Below are positions 44,879 to 53,183 of a stretch of 64,000 nt of DNA, piece after piece. This DNA comes from an uncultured Chloroflexia bacterium (GTDB lineage: Bacteria; Chloroflexota; Limnocylindria; Limnocylindrales; CSP1-4). How positions within the stretch are numbered: the first letter of the stretch is position 1; each line of letters begins with the position of its first letter. The position numbers were made by a program, and so were the translations under genes. The stretch lies in assembly GCA_963809215.1 (NCBI GenBank), contig CAWEIJ010000003.1, positions 226,892 to 290,891 on the forward strand, written 5' to 3'. Under the pieces are notes generated by a model. The model saw only the letters and a program-made list of their open reading frames with translations, was not told the origin of the DNA and did no database searches.

Positions 44879-46036
44879 GTGGTCGCAGACGACACCGCTC
44901 AGCCCGCCGAACGCGCCCCCCGCGGCGCGCCGGCCGCGCGCCCTCGCCGCGCGGGATCCGCCCGGCTGACGTCGATCGCGCCGGTCAGCGCGCTGGCGAT
45001 CCTCGCCGCCATCGTCGCCGCTGTTGGCGGCGTTGTCGTCCTGCTCACGCACCCGCCGATGGTGGACCTCGAGATCCCACTCCGGGCAGCCGAGCGCTGG
45101 GTCCACGGCGGCGAGCCATACCTCGCGTCGAGCTTCAGCGCTCCGGAAGGCTACGACCTCCCGTTCCTCTACCCGCCACCGGTCCTCCCGTTCCTCGCGC
45201 CGCTCCTCGCCCTGCCGCGCGGGGTGGTCGTGGCCGCATGGCTTGCCGCGACGCTGGGGGCGGCGCTCTTCGTGGCGCGCCGGCTCGGGGTTCCGTGGCG
45301 CGCGGTCCCGATCGTCCTCTGCTGGGTTCCGTTCTCGGAGGGCCTCGTGGGCGGCAACGCGCAGGTCCTCCTCGTCGCCGCGTTCGTCGCGGTCTTCTTC
45401 GACGCGCCAGCCGGCCCGTGGCGACCGACGCCTCGTGATCCGCGCGACGGAGTACGCCCGGCCATCGCGGACGGCGTCCTCGCCGCGATCACGCCGGCGC
45501 TCAAGCTCACCCAGCCCCACGCCTGGGCCGCCCTCCTGCGGCGGCGGCCGATGGCGGCGTTGCTCGGGCTCGGCGCAGCCGCCGCGGTCGCGCTGGTCAC
45601 GCTGCCGCTCGTGGGGGTCGGCGCATGGCAGGCGTGGATCACCCAGCTCGAGCGCGCCGCGGACCCGGCCTGGGCGCTGCGAGGCTCGTCGCTCGTCCAG
45701 CTGCTTCCCGGGCTTCTCTCGCCCGCGGCGACCGCGCTCACCGTCGCGCTGGCGATGCTGGCGCCGACTCGACGTCTCGGGGCGACGGCCGGGCTGCTCC
45801 TGGTCCTCGGCGCGCCGTCACTCCGATCCTACGGCGTGCTCTTCCTGCTCCCCGCGATGCTTGTCGTGCGGCGGGACGTGGCGCTCGTCGCCGTCATCCT
45901 GGTCGGTACCGGCGTCATGGCCGGGATGTGGGCTGGGATCCTGCTCGTGACGTTCGCGTTCGCGGCCCCCGCACGGTTCGAGGGCATCCTCGACGCGATC
46001 TCCCGCCGGCGCGGTCGGCCCGCGCCCGCGAGCTGA
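44879..46036 (+). CDS. polytopic membrane protein, DUF2029/GT87-like glycosyltransferase (tentative)
   Basis: Track ORF (GTG) with TAGAGT 6 nt upstream. About 9-10 TM segments with a short periplasmic-loop motif. Family assignment is from general resemblance only. Confidence 0.5.
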   Translation: MVADDTAQPAERAPRGAPAARPRRAGSARLTSIAPVSALAILAAIVAAVGGVVVLLTHPPMVDLEIPLRAAERWVHGGEPYLASSFSAPEGYDLPFLYPPPVLPFLAPLLALPRGVVVAAWLAATLGAALFVARRLGVPWRAVPIVLCWVPFSEGLVGGNAQVLLVAAFVAVFFDAPAGPWRPTPRDPRDGVRPAIADGVLAAITPALKLTQPHAWAALLRRRPMAALLGLGAAAAVALVTLPLVGVGAWQAWITQLERAADPAWALRGSSLVQLLPGLLSPAATALTVALAMLAPTRRLGATAGLLLVLGAPSLRSYGVLFLLPAMLVVRRDVALVAVILVGTGVMAGMWAGILLVTFAFAAPARFEGILDAISRRRGRPAPAS

Positions 46037-46136
46037 GGGCAACGGTCGGGGTCAGGCACGCCGGCCCGGCGCGGCGCTGCTTCGGCTCCGTTCTGCGCGG
46101 GCCCGCGCCGAGCGATGAACCGGCCATGAGCCGGGG

Positions 46137-46142
46137 TACACT
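46137..46142 (+). promoter_or_regulatory. leaderless-type -10 (TACACT-N6-GTG 46149)
   Basis: TANNNT hexamer 6 nt upstream of tmk. Confidence 0.5.
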
Positions 46143-46148
46143 CCGATC

Positions 46149-46874
46149 GTGGAGGTGCGCGGGAGGGGTTCGGCAGGCTGGTTCGTGACGCTCGAGGGTC
46201 CCGAGGGCAGCGGCAAGTCCACGCAATCCGAGCGGCTCGGCGACGCGGCGGCGGCGGCCGGTCAGGAGGTCGTGCTGGTCCGGGAGCCCGGTGGGACGGC
46301 CGCCGGCGAGCGGGTCCGGTCGATCCTCATGGACGCCGGCCCCGTCGGGATCCGCCTGACGCAGCGCACCGACGCGCTGCTGTTCAACGCGGCGCGCGCC
46401 CAGCTCCTCGACGAGGTGATCCTCCCGGCACTCCGCCGGGGCGCGCTCGTCATCTCCGACCGCTACGCGGACTCCACGCTCGCCTACCAGGGCGGCGGGG
46501 GCGAGCTGCCGCTCGACGAGCTCCGCCCGGTGGTCCGATTTGCCACGGAAGGGCTCCGCCCGGACCGGACGATCCTGTTCGACCTGCCCGTCGGGGTCGG
46601 GCTCGCCCGCAAGTCGTCCGCGGAGACCACCCGGTTCGAGGCGCACTTCGACCGCGCGTTCCACGAGCGCGTTCGCGCGGCATACCTCTCGTTCGCGGCT
46701 GCCGAGCCGGACCGCTGGGTCGTGATCGACGGAACCGCGCCCCCGGACGACGTGTTCGCGGCGGCCTGGGGCGTGCTCGCCCAGATCCCCGGGCTCGGGC
46801 AGCGGCTCGCGGGACGCTGGGCAGTCGTGCCGCCCGGTGATCCGGTCCGGACGGCCGAACGCATTGATCGGTGA
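46149..46874 (+). CDS. tmk: thymidylate kinase
   Basis: Track ORF (GTG) with TACACT 6 nt upstream. P-loop LEGPEGSGKSTQ, REPGGT, SDRYADSTLAYQG. Confidence 0.9.
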   Translation: MEVRGRGSAGWFVTLEGPEGSGKSTQSERLGDAAAAAGQEVVLVREPGGTAAGERVRSILMDAGPVGIRLTQRTDALLFNAARAQLLDEVILPALRRGALVISDRYADSTLAYQGGGGELPLDELRPVVRFATEGLRPDRTILFDLPVGVGLARKSSAETTRFEAHFDRAFHERVRAAYLSFAAAEPDRWVVIDGTAPPDDVFAAAWGVLAQIPGLGQRLAGRWAVVPPGDPVRTAERIDR

Positions 46875-47521
46875 TGGAGCCGACCGCGCCGTCGCGCGAG
46901 CCGTCCAGGTCGATGAGCAGCCCGGTCGACGACGCCGACCGGGCGGTGCTTGCGCGCGTCGCAACCGGCGACCTTGCCGCCCTCGAGGAGCTGTACGACC
47001 GCTATCGGACCATGGCGTACTCGCTTGCATTCCGGATCACGGCTGACCCCGCCGCCGCGGAGGACGTCGTCCAGGATGCATTCCTCGGTGTCTGGCGCAA
47101 CGTCTCGCGGTACGCGGAGGGGCGCGGGACCGTGCGGACATGGTTCCTCTCGATCGTCCATCACCGGGCCGTCGACACGATCCGCCGCCGCCGGCCGGTC
47201 TCAGATCTCCCCGATCCCGAGGCGGGCCCGTCCCCGGCGGCGCTCCGGTTTCCCGACGTGTGGACCGAGGTCGCCGGCCGGCTCGACGCGGCGGCGATCC
47301 GACGAGCCCTGGCAACGCTCACCGACGTCCAGCGCGAGGTGCTCGAGCTGGGGTACTTCGGCGGCCTCACCCAGCAGGAGATCGCCGAGCGGACGGGCGC
47401 GCCGCTGGGCACCGTGAAGAGCCGCGTGCGCCTGGGTCTGCTGGCCCTTCGGGCCGCGCTCGCGTCCGAGGTCCTCCCGGACCCGCCGATCGCGTCGCAT
47501 CCGGCCGGGGGCGCGGCGTGA
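46871..47521 (+). CDS. ECF (group IV) sigma-70 factor
   Basis: Track ORF; its ATG overlaps the tmk stop. Region 2 DVVQDAFLGVWRN; region 4 LTQQEIAERTGAPLGTVKSRVRLGL. Confidence 0.9.
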   Translation: MMEPTAPSREPSRSMSSPVDDADRAVLARVATGDLAALEELYDRYRTMAYSLAFRITADPAAAEDVVQDAFLGVWRNVSRYAEGRGTVRTWFLSIVHHRAVDTIRRRRPVSDLPDPEAGPSPAALRFPDVWTEVAGRLDAAAIRRALATLTDVQREVLELGYFGGLTQQEIAERTGAPLGTVKSRVRLGLLALRAALASEVLPDPPIASHPAGGAA

Positions 47522-48414
47522 GCGACACCGTGCGCGCGCTCACGTGCGACGAGGTCCGGGACCTCGCGGGCGGCTTCGTGCTCGATGCGCTCGAAATGGA
47601 CGAAGCTGACGCGGTTCGAGCCCACCTCGAGGGATGCGCGGATCCGCACGCCGAGATTGCACTCCTCGCATCCGGCCTCCCGGCGCTCTGGGAGACGGTG
47701 CCGATCGTGGAGCCCCCTGCGACCCTCAAGCGACGCCTGCTGGCTGCGGCAGCAGCCGACCGACCGGCCGCCGCGGCGGCCGGACAGGCGACGGCAGCGC
47801 CTGCGGCGCAGGCGGCGGTCCCGGCACACGACGGTCGCCCGCCGGAGAACCGGCCGGCCCTCGCGCCGGTCGCGGGAATCGGCCCGGCGACGGCGATGCG
47901 CCGGGATCGCATCGCCCCACGCCGGGTGGTCGGGTGGGCAGCCGCGATGGCCGCGGTCCTCGTGATCGCCGCGCTCGGCGCGTGGAACGTGATCCTCCAG
48001 GACCAGGTCGGGACGCTCCGCTCGGACCAGGATTCGGTGGCTGCCGTGATCCACGCCGGTGCGATCGCGGGATCCGTCACCGCCGTGCTCACCGCGCCGC
48101 AGGCGAGCGGGCCATACGGCCCGAATGGGCTCGCAGCCGTGACACGGAACGGGACCCTCGTCCTCGCGATACGCGACCTGCGGCCCACGACGGGCGCGCA
48201 GGTCTACCAGGCGTGGGTCATCGTCCCCGGTTCCGCGCCCGTCCCGACCGGGTCGTTCCGCGTCGGCGAGGCGGGTGTCGGCGCGATCCCTGCCGCGACG
48301 GCCCCGGTCCGGGCCGGTGCCGTGGTGGCGATCACGCTCGAATCCGGACCGGGCGCCACGACCCCGACCCTCCCGATCCTCGCCTCGGGGACGACGGCGA
48401 CGCCCGTAAACTAG
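47518..48414 (+). CDS. anti-sigma factor (zf-HC2-like N-terminus, 1 TM, RskA-like C-terminal domain)
   Basis: GTG 47518 overlaps the sigma factor stop (GTGA) and is in frame with track ORF 47140-48414. VRAHLEGCADPH; TM VVGWAAAMAAVLVIAALGAW; YQAWVI...ITLESGPGATTPT. Confidence 0.8.
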   Translation: MSDTVRALTCDEVRDLAGGFVLDALEMDEADAVRAHLEGCADPHAEIALLASGLPALWETVPIVEPPATLKRRLLAAAAADRPAAAAAGQATAAPAAQAAVPAHDGRPPENRPALAPVAGIGPATAMRRDRIAPRRVVGWAAAMAAVLVIAALGAWNVILQDQVGTLRSDQDSVAAVIHAGAIAGSVTAVLTAPQASGPYGPNGLAAVTRNGTLVLAIRDLRPTTGAQVYQAWVIVPGSAPVPTGSFRVGEAGVGAIPAATAPVRAGAVVAITLESGPGATTPTLPILASGTTATPVN

Positions 48415-48469
48415 GAAGCCGTCGCGGGCCAGGGAGGCCGGCGCTCGAGGCGCCGGCGCGCGCCGCCGG

Positions 48470-49662
48470 TCAGGCCGTCGTGGGCGCGCTCGCCACGGCG
48501 CCGGTCCCGCCGGCGCGCGCCGCCTCCAGCGCGTCGAGCGCGCCCGCCACGATCTCCTCGGGACTTGCGCCGTCGAACGGGAAGCGCGCGATGCCCGCCG
48601 ATACCGAGATGCTCCGACCGTCGACCGCGGGCAGCTCCCCGATCGCGCGGATCACGCGATCCGCGACGGCCGGCCCGCCGTTCCCCGGTGCGACGACCAC
48701 GAACTCGTCGCCACCGATGCGTGCGACCGTGTCCACGAGCCGGACCTGCTCCGCGATGACGGCGGCGACCGCCCGCAGCACGTCGTCGCCGGCGGCATGC
48801 CCGGCCGCGTTGTTCGTGGCCCGGAACGCATCGACGTCGAAGATCGCAACCGCGACCTCGCTGCCCTGGCGTGCAGCACGCGCCAGCTCGAGCTCGAGGA
48901 CGCGATCGAACGTGCGTCGGTTCGCGAGCCCGGTCAGCGGGTCGATGTGCGCCAGCCGCTCCATCCACTCCGCGCGCTCGGCCATGCCCGCGGCGAGGTG
49001 GGCTCGATCGATCGCGATCGCCGCGAGGTCGGCGAGGGCCACCGCCAGGCCCGGCGTTGGGTCCGTCGCGGTCGTCGTCGCCGGCCAGCCCCGGCGGGCG
49101 TTGCCGGGCCCGCCCCGGCAGTCGTCGCCCGGCCCGCCCCGGCGGGCGTCGCCGCGCTCCAGCCCAGCGCAAGCACGCCGACGACATGATCGATCCCGCC
49201 GCGCGCGGCGACGAGTGGTGCCGCTTCGAGCCGCGCGAGGCCCAGGCGGTCGACGAGCCCGCGATCGCCGGCCGCGTCGAGCGGGTCCCCGGCACGCGCG
49301 TCCACGATGCGGTGCTCGGCAGCGGCGACCGCAAGAGGATCGGCTGAGTCGCCCGCGGATGATTCGACGAGCGCGAGGCCTTCCTCGGTCAGCCCTCGGC
49401 TTCCGATCACGCGACGACCCGCCCCTGCGTCATCCGTGGCGATCACCATCGCGAGCGTGGGCCCCAGCCCATCGATCAGGCCTCCCAGGATCACGTCGAG
49501 GGTGGCAGCCAGGCCCTCGCCGTGACCGACCGCGCGGATGGCCGTCGCCAGCAGGCCGGCATCACCGGATCGATCGAGCTCGCGCACGAGGCCTCCACGT
49601 CTGGGTCGGGCGGCGTCCCGGCCACGCGCGCCGGGATCGCTCGGATGATACGCGTCCCCCAT
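48470..49662 (-). CDS. GAF-GGDEF diguanylate cyclase, interrupted by one frame change in a repeat-encoded linker
   Basis: Met207 of track ORF 48934-50280 gives the GAF-like part (...GRRVIGSRGL...HVVGVLALGW). Track ORF 48470-49042 gives the GGDEF part (HIDPLTGLANRR, RIGGDEFVVV). The frames change within 49080-49100. Confidence 0.8.
49081..49152. repeat. 24-bp in-frame tandem repeat x3 in the GAF-GGDEF linker
   Basis: CCGGCCAGCCCCGGCGGGCGTTGC / CGGGCCCGCCCCGGCAGTCGTCGC / CCGGCCCGCCCCGGCGGGCGTCGC. Encodes ATPAGAG(R/P)-type octapeptides on the reverse strand. Confidence 0.7.
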
Positions 49663-49823
49663 CGGGTCGAACGACCTCGTCGGGCGCGTCCGCGTGACGC
49701 GGCGTCCGGTCCTCGGGCACATCAGCCTATCGGCGTCGATGACCCGGGCCTCGCCGGCGTTGACGGCTGCGCGGCTTCGCGACCGGTCTCGCGGGACCGT
49801 CGCCGCGGCCGGAAGCGCCCCCC

Positions 49824-49829
49824 TATACT
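49824..49829 (+). promoter_or_regulatory. leaderless-type -10 (TATACT-N7-GTG 49837)
   Basis: TANNNT hexamer 7 nt upstream of darA. Confidence 0.5.
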
Positions 49830-49836
49830 CGGCCCC

Positions 49837-50166
49837 GTGAAGCTCGTCGTCGCGATCGTCCACAGCGAGGACGCCGGTCACCTGGTCGACGGGCTTCTCG
49901 AGCGCGAGTTCCGGGCCACGCGCCTCCACAGCTCGGGCGGCTTCCTCAAGCAGTCGAATGCGACGGTCATCCTCGGGGTCGAGGATGACCAGGTCGACGC
50001 CGCGCTCGCCGTGATCCGCGAGAACTGCCATTCGCGAACGCAGCTCGTCAACCCGATGCCGCCGATCATGGAGCCGGGCGAGTTCTTCCTCCCATACCCG
50101 CTCGAAGTCGAGGTTGGCGGCGCGACGGTCTTCGTCCTGCCGGTAGAGCGGGTCGAGCGGATCTGA
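49837..50166 (+). CDS. darA: PII-like cyclic-di-AMP receptor (DarA/YaaQ, DUF970)
   Basis: GTG 49837, in frame with track ORF 49522-50166. VKLVVAIVHSEDAGHLVDGLLEREFRATRLHSSGGFLKQSNATVILGVED...PYPLEVEVGGATVFVLPVERVERI closely parallels B. subtilis YaaQ as I recall it. TATACT lies 7 nt upstream. Confidence 0.85.
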   Translation: MKLVVAIVHSEDAGHLVDGLLEREFRATRLHSSGGFLKQSNATVILGVEDDQVDAALAVIRENCHSRTQLVNPMPPIMEPGEFFLPYPLEVEVGGATVFVLPVERVERI

Positions 50167-50388
50167 CCGCGCCGGTGAGGACGGCCGCCCGGACGTGTGT
50201 GGCCCTCGCGTCTCGCTCACGGCGCACGCGGGGCCGTCGTCCGCAGACGACGCGCACCGGCTGCGCAACGCCGGGGGCACGAGCCGGCTGATTCTCGTGC
50301 CTCGGCGCGATCCGGCCAGGCCTGCCGAGGGTCAGGCGCTCGATCCTGGGGCAACGAGCGGGCGCGCGATCCCGCTGGCGCGATCCCG

Positions 50389-50394
50389 TACGAT
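50389..50394 (+). promoter_or_regulatory. leaderless-type -10 (TACGAT-N7-ATG 50402)
   Basis: TANNNT hexamer 7 nt upstream of the small ORF preceding the NUDIX gene. Confidence 0.45.
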
Positions 50395-50401
50395 CCGCCG
50401 T

Positions 50402-50557
50402 ATGCGTGATCTCGGCTGCTGGCTCGCGCCACGGGAGCCGCTGGCGCCGGACCTCCTCGAGCCGCCCGCCGCGCTCGAGTCAGCGCTCGTGCGCGCGCCC
50501 GTCGCGGGACGCGCGCACGGACCGGGCATGTCGCACCGCGGACGCGACATCCCATGA
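50402..50557 (+). CDS. possible 51-aa leader ORF translationally coupled to the NUDIX gene
   Basis: TACGAT-N7-ATG 50402. Its stop overlaps the NUDIX ATG (ATGA). High third-position GC. The peptide [22 protein letters not shown]... echoes the NUDIX N-terminus. The region could instead be only a 5' leader. Confidence 0.3.
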   Translation: MRDLGCWLAPREPLAPDLLEPPAALESALVRAPVAGRAHGPGMSHRGRDIP

Positions 50558-51063
50558 GCCCGCTCCGGCCCGACCTCGTGGAGTGCTGGATCTTCCGGCT
50601 TCCGGCGTCCGGCGGCGTGGATGTGCTGCTGATCCGCCGGTCGGCGAGCCGCATCTTCCCGGGTCTCTGGCAGTGCGTCACCGGCGGGCTCGAGGCCGGG
50701 GAGCGCGTCCCGCTCGCCGCCCTCCGCGAGGTCTCCGAGGAGGTCGGCCTCGGGCCCGGCGAGATCGAGGCGTTCTTCGACCTCGACCAGGTCAGCCACT
50801 TCTACGACGAGGGAGCGGACGGGGTGGTCGCCGCGGCGGTCTTCGCCGTCCGGGTACGGGCGGACGCGCTCCCGCGCCTTTCGCACGAGCACGACGATGC
50901 CCGCTGGATGGACGCCGCGGAGGCCGCACGAATGGCGGTGTGGCCGTCGTATCGCCAGACGATCGAGCGGATCGTGCGTTCGCTCACCGATCCAGCTGCG
51001 GCGCCCTGGTTCGAGCTCACGCCGGACGGGCGCAGGCTCGCGCGACCTCCGCGCGAGCCCTGA
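50554..51063 (+). CDS. NUDIX hydrolase
   Basis: Track ORF. Nudix box [23 protein letters not shown]. Confidence 0.85.
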   Translation: MSPLRPDLVECWIFRLPASGGVDVLLIRRSASRIFPGLWQCVTGGLEAGERVPLAALREVSEEVGLGPGEIEAFFDLDQVSHFYDEGADGVVAAAVFAVRVRADALPRLSHEHDDARWMDAAEAARMAVWPSYRQTIERIVRSLTDPAAAPWFELTPDGRRLARPPREP

Positions 51064-51220
51064 ACCGGGCGCCACCCCGCGGCACGCTCGGGGGACCGCG
51101 CCCGCGACTCGCCCGCGACGCGCCCCAGCGCGATTCGATCCGCGGCAACCCGTCCGCGTTCGCGCCGGCGGGAACGGGGTCATGGACCCCCAACCCTGCG
51201 GTCCCGGGCCGGACAGGCGG

Positions 51221-51263
51221 TAGAATGCCCCGCAACCCGCCCGCCACGTGGCGCCCCAGGAGG
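51221..51263 (+). promoter_or_regulatory. -10 box TAGAAT plus AGGAGG ribosome-binding site of the guaB3-like gene
   Basis: TAGAAT at 51221-51226. AGGAGG at 51258-51263, 6 nt before TTG 51270. Confidence 0.55.
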
Positions 51264-51269
51264 CCGGAG

Positions 51270-52451
51270 TTGCTCGACCAGAATCTCCCGTTCGCCCCGG
51301 CATCGCGGCGCGCATTCCGCTCGAAGGTCGACTCGATCCGCCCGACGTACGGGTTCGAGGATGTCTCGCTCGCGCCGGGAACCGAGACGGTCGAGCCGAA
51401 CGACGTTCGCCTGGCCCAGGACTTCTGCGGCATCGCGCTCGCGATCCCCGTGCTCGCGGCAGCGATGGACGCGGTCGTCGACCCGCGGAGCGCCGGGATC
51501 CTCGCGGGGCTCGGCGGGCTCGCGTTCCTCAACCTCGAAGGCGTGCAGGCGCGATACGAGGACCCGGCGCCGGTCCTCGAACGGATCGCGAACGCCGCCG
51601 ACGACGAGATCCAGGCCGTGCTTGCGGAGGCGTATGCGGCGCCGATTCGCGACGAGCTGATCGGCCGCCGGATCGCGGAGATCCACGCCGCCGGATCGAG
51701 GGCCGCGGTGTCGGCCACGCCGGCGGCTGCCCGCCGCTTCGGGCCGGCCTGCGCCGATCACGGGGCGGACCTGTTCCTGGTCCAGAGCCAGGTCAGCAGC
51801 GCGCGCCACCTCGCGTCCGAGTACGAGCCGCTCAGCCTCGCGGAGTTCACCCGCCTCATGCCGATCCCGGTGGCCGTCGGGAACACGACGAACGCCGCGG
51901 CCGCGTTCGCGCTGATGGAGCAGGGCGCGGCGGCGGTCTTCGTGGGCGTCGGGCCCGGTGCCGCCTGCACGACCCGCGAGGTGCTCGGCATCGGCGTGCC
52001 GCAGGTGACGGCGGTCAGCGACGTGGCGGCTGCGCGCGACGCCTGGTTCGCGGAGACCGGCCGCTGGATCCCGGTCGTCGCCGACGGCGGGATGAAGAAG
52101 GGCGGGGACATCGCGAAGGCGATCGCCGCCGGCGCGGACGCCGTGATGCTCGGCTCGCCGCTCGCCCGAGCCGACGAGGCTCCCGGACACGGGACGAACT
52201 GGGGGATGGCCGCCCCGTCGCCCGTGCTGCCCCGTGGCACGCGCATCAGGGTCGGGACCATCGGGCCGATGGAACGGATCCTCTTCGGTCCCTCCCACGT
52301 CACGGACGGCACCCAGAACCTGGTGGGGGCCCTCCGCCAGTCGATGGCGGCGCTGGGCGCGCGCACCCTGCGCGAGATGCAGCAGGTCGAGATCGTCTAC
52401 GCGCCGGCGGTCGTCACCGAGGGCAAGTCCTGGCAGCTCCGCGGCAGGTAG
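51270..52451 (+). CDS. GuaB3-type IMP dehydrogenase-family protein (no CBS insert)
   Basis: TTG 51270, in frame with track ORF 50406-52451, preceded by AGGAGG-N6 and a TAGAAT -10. [11 protein letters not shown]..., [46 protein letters not shown]. Confidence 0.85.
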   Translation: MLDQNLPFAPASRRAFRSKVDSIRPTYGFEDVSLAPGTETVEPNDVRLAQDFCGIALAIPVLAAAMDAVVDPRSAGILAGLGGLAFLNLEGVQARYEDPAPVLERIANAADDEIQAVLAEAYAAPIRDELIGRRIAEIHAAGSRAAVSATPAAARRFGPACADHGADLFLVQSQVSSARHLASEYEPLSLAEFTRLMPIPVAVGNTTNAAAAFALMEQGAAAVFVGVGPGAACTTREVLGIGVPQVTAVSDVAAARDAWFAETGRWIPVVADGGMKKGGDIAKAIAAGADAVMLGSPLARADEAPGHGTNWGMAAPSPVLPRGTRIRVGTIGPMERILFGPSHVTDGTQNLVGALRQSMAALGARTLREMQQVEIVYAPAVVTEGKSWQLRGR

Positions 52452-52491
52452 CCGGGCCGGGGCCGGACCGAACGCGCGCGAAGGTTGACCG

Positions 52492-52851
52492 GTGCCGCGC
52501 GATCCGTACGGTGAGCAGCTCGTCGGCTGGGAGAAGGCCGTCGCGATCGAGACGCGCGGCCGCGTCTCGGGCCAGGGCATCGTCGCGGACGTCGGGTTCG
52601 TCGACGAGCCGGACGGCTCGCTGCTCGTCGCCGCCGGCGATCCGGGGGCGCACTGGGCCGCAAACCTGCGCGCGGAGCCGCGGTGCGTCGCGCGCATCGG
52701 AACGCGTGCGGACGCCTACGTCGCCGAGGAGCTCGACGGCGCCGCGAAGGCACGCGCGATCACCGAGCTGATCCTCAAGTACGGGACGCCGGCCGAGCGG
52801 CTGGGATCCGGGCCCGCGTTCCGTCTCCGGCGGGTCGACCCGGCGGGCTGA
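52492..52851 (+). CDS. deazaflavin (F420H2)-dependent nitroreductase/PNPOx-like family protein (tentative)
   Basis: Track ORF (GTG, GAAGG upstream). ...LLVAAGDPGAHWAANLRAEPRCVARIG... resembles the DDN-family core. Shorter than usual for the family. Confidence 0.5.
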   Translation: MPRDPYGEQLVGWEKAVAIETRGRVSGQGIVADVGFVDEPDGSLLVAAGDPGAHWAANLRAEPRCVARIGTRADAYVAEELDGAAKARAITELILKYGTPAERLGSGPAFRLRRVDPAG

Positions 52852-53183
52852 CGTCGCGCTCGACCCGCGGGCTGCCCCGCCGATCGTCCCCGGCACGCCC
52901 CGGCGTCGGTCGGTGTTCGCCGACAGACCCACGTGGTTCTCCGCGGGGGCGCGGCTCGCGCCGGCCCGGTCGGCAACCCCGATGCCGTCACGGTCCGTCT
53001 GGCCCGGGGGCGGCATGTCCAGCCCCACCCCGGTGACCGCCGCCAACCCGTGTCGCGGGCGGCCGCCCCGTACACTTCGGCCAGGCCCGCGCGGGGCGCA
53101 GTGGGTCGAGGGAGGGTCGGCGGTTGGGAGACGCGGCGGAGCACGAGGCTGAGGCGCAGGACTCGCCGGTCGGTGGCGCGCCC

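Noticed and set aside
53124-53183. TTG 53124 as the guaA start
   Set aside because: It is possible, but no SD or -10 precedes it, whereas ATG 53184 has GGTGG 7 nt upstream. Neither start is proven, so the extension is reported as a finding rather than annotated as a domain.
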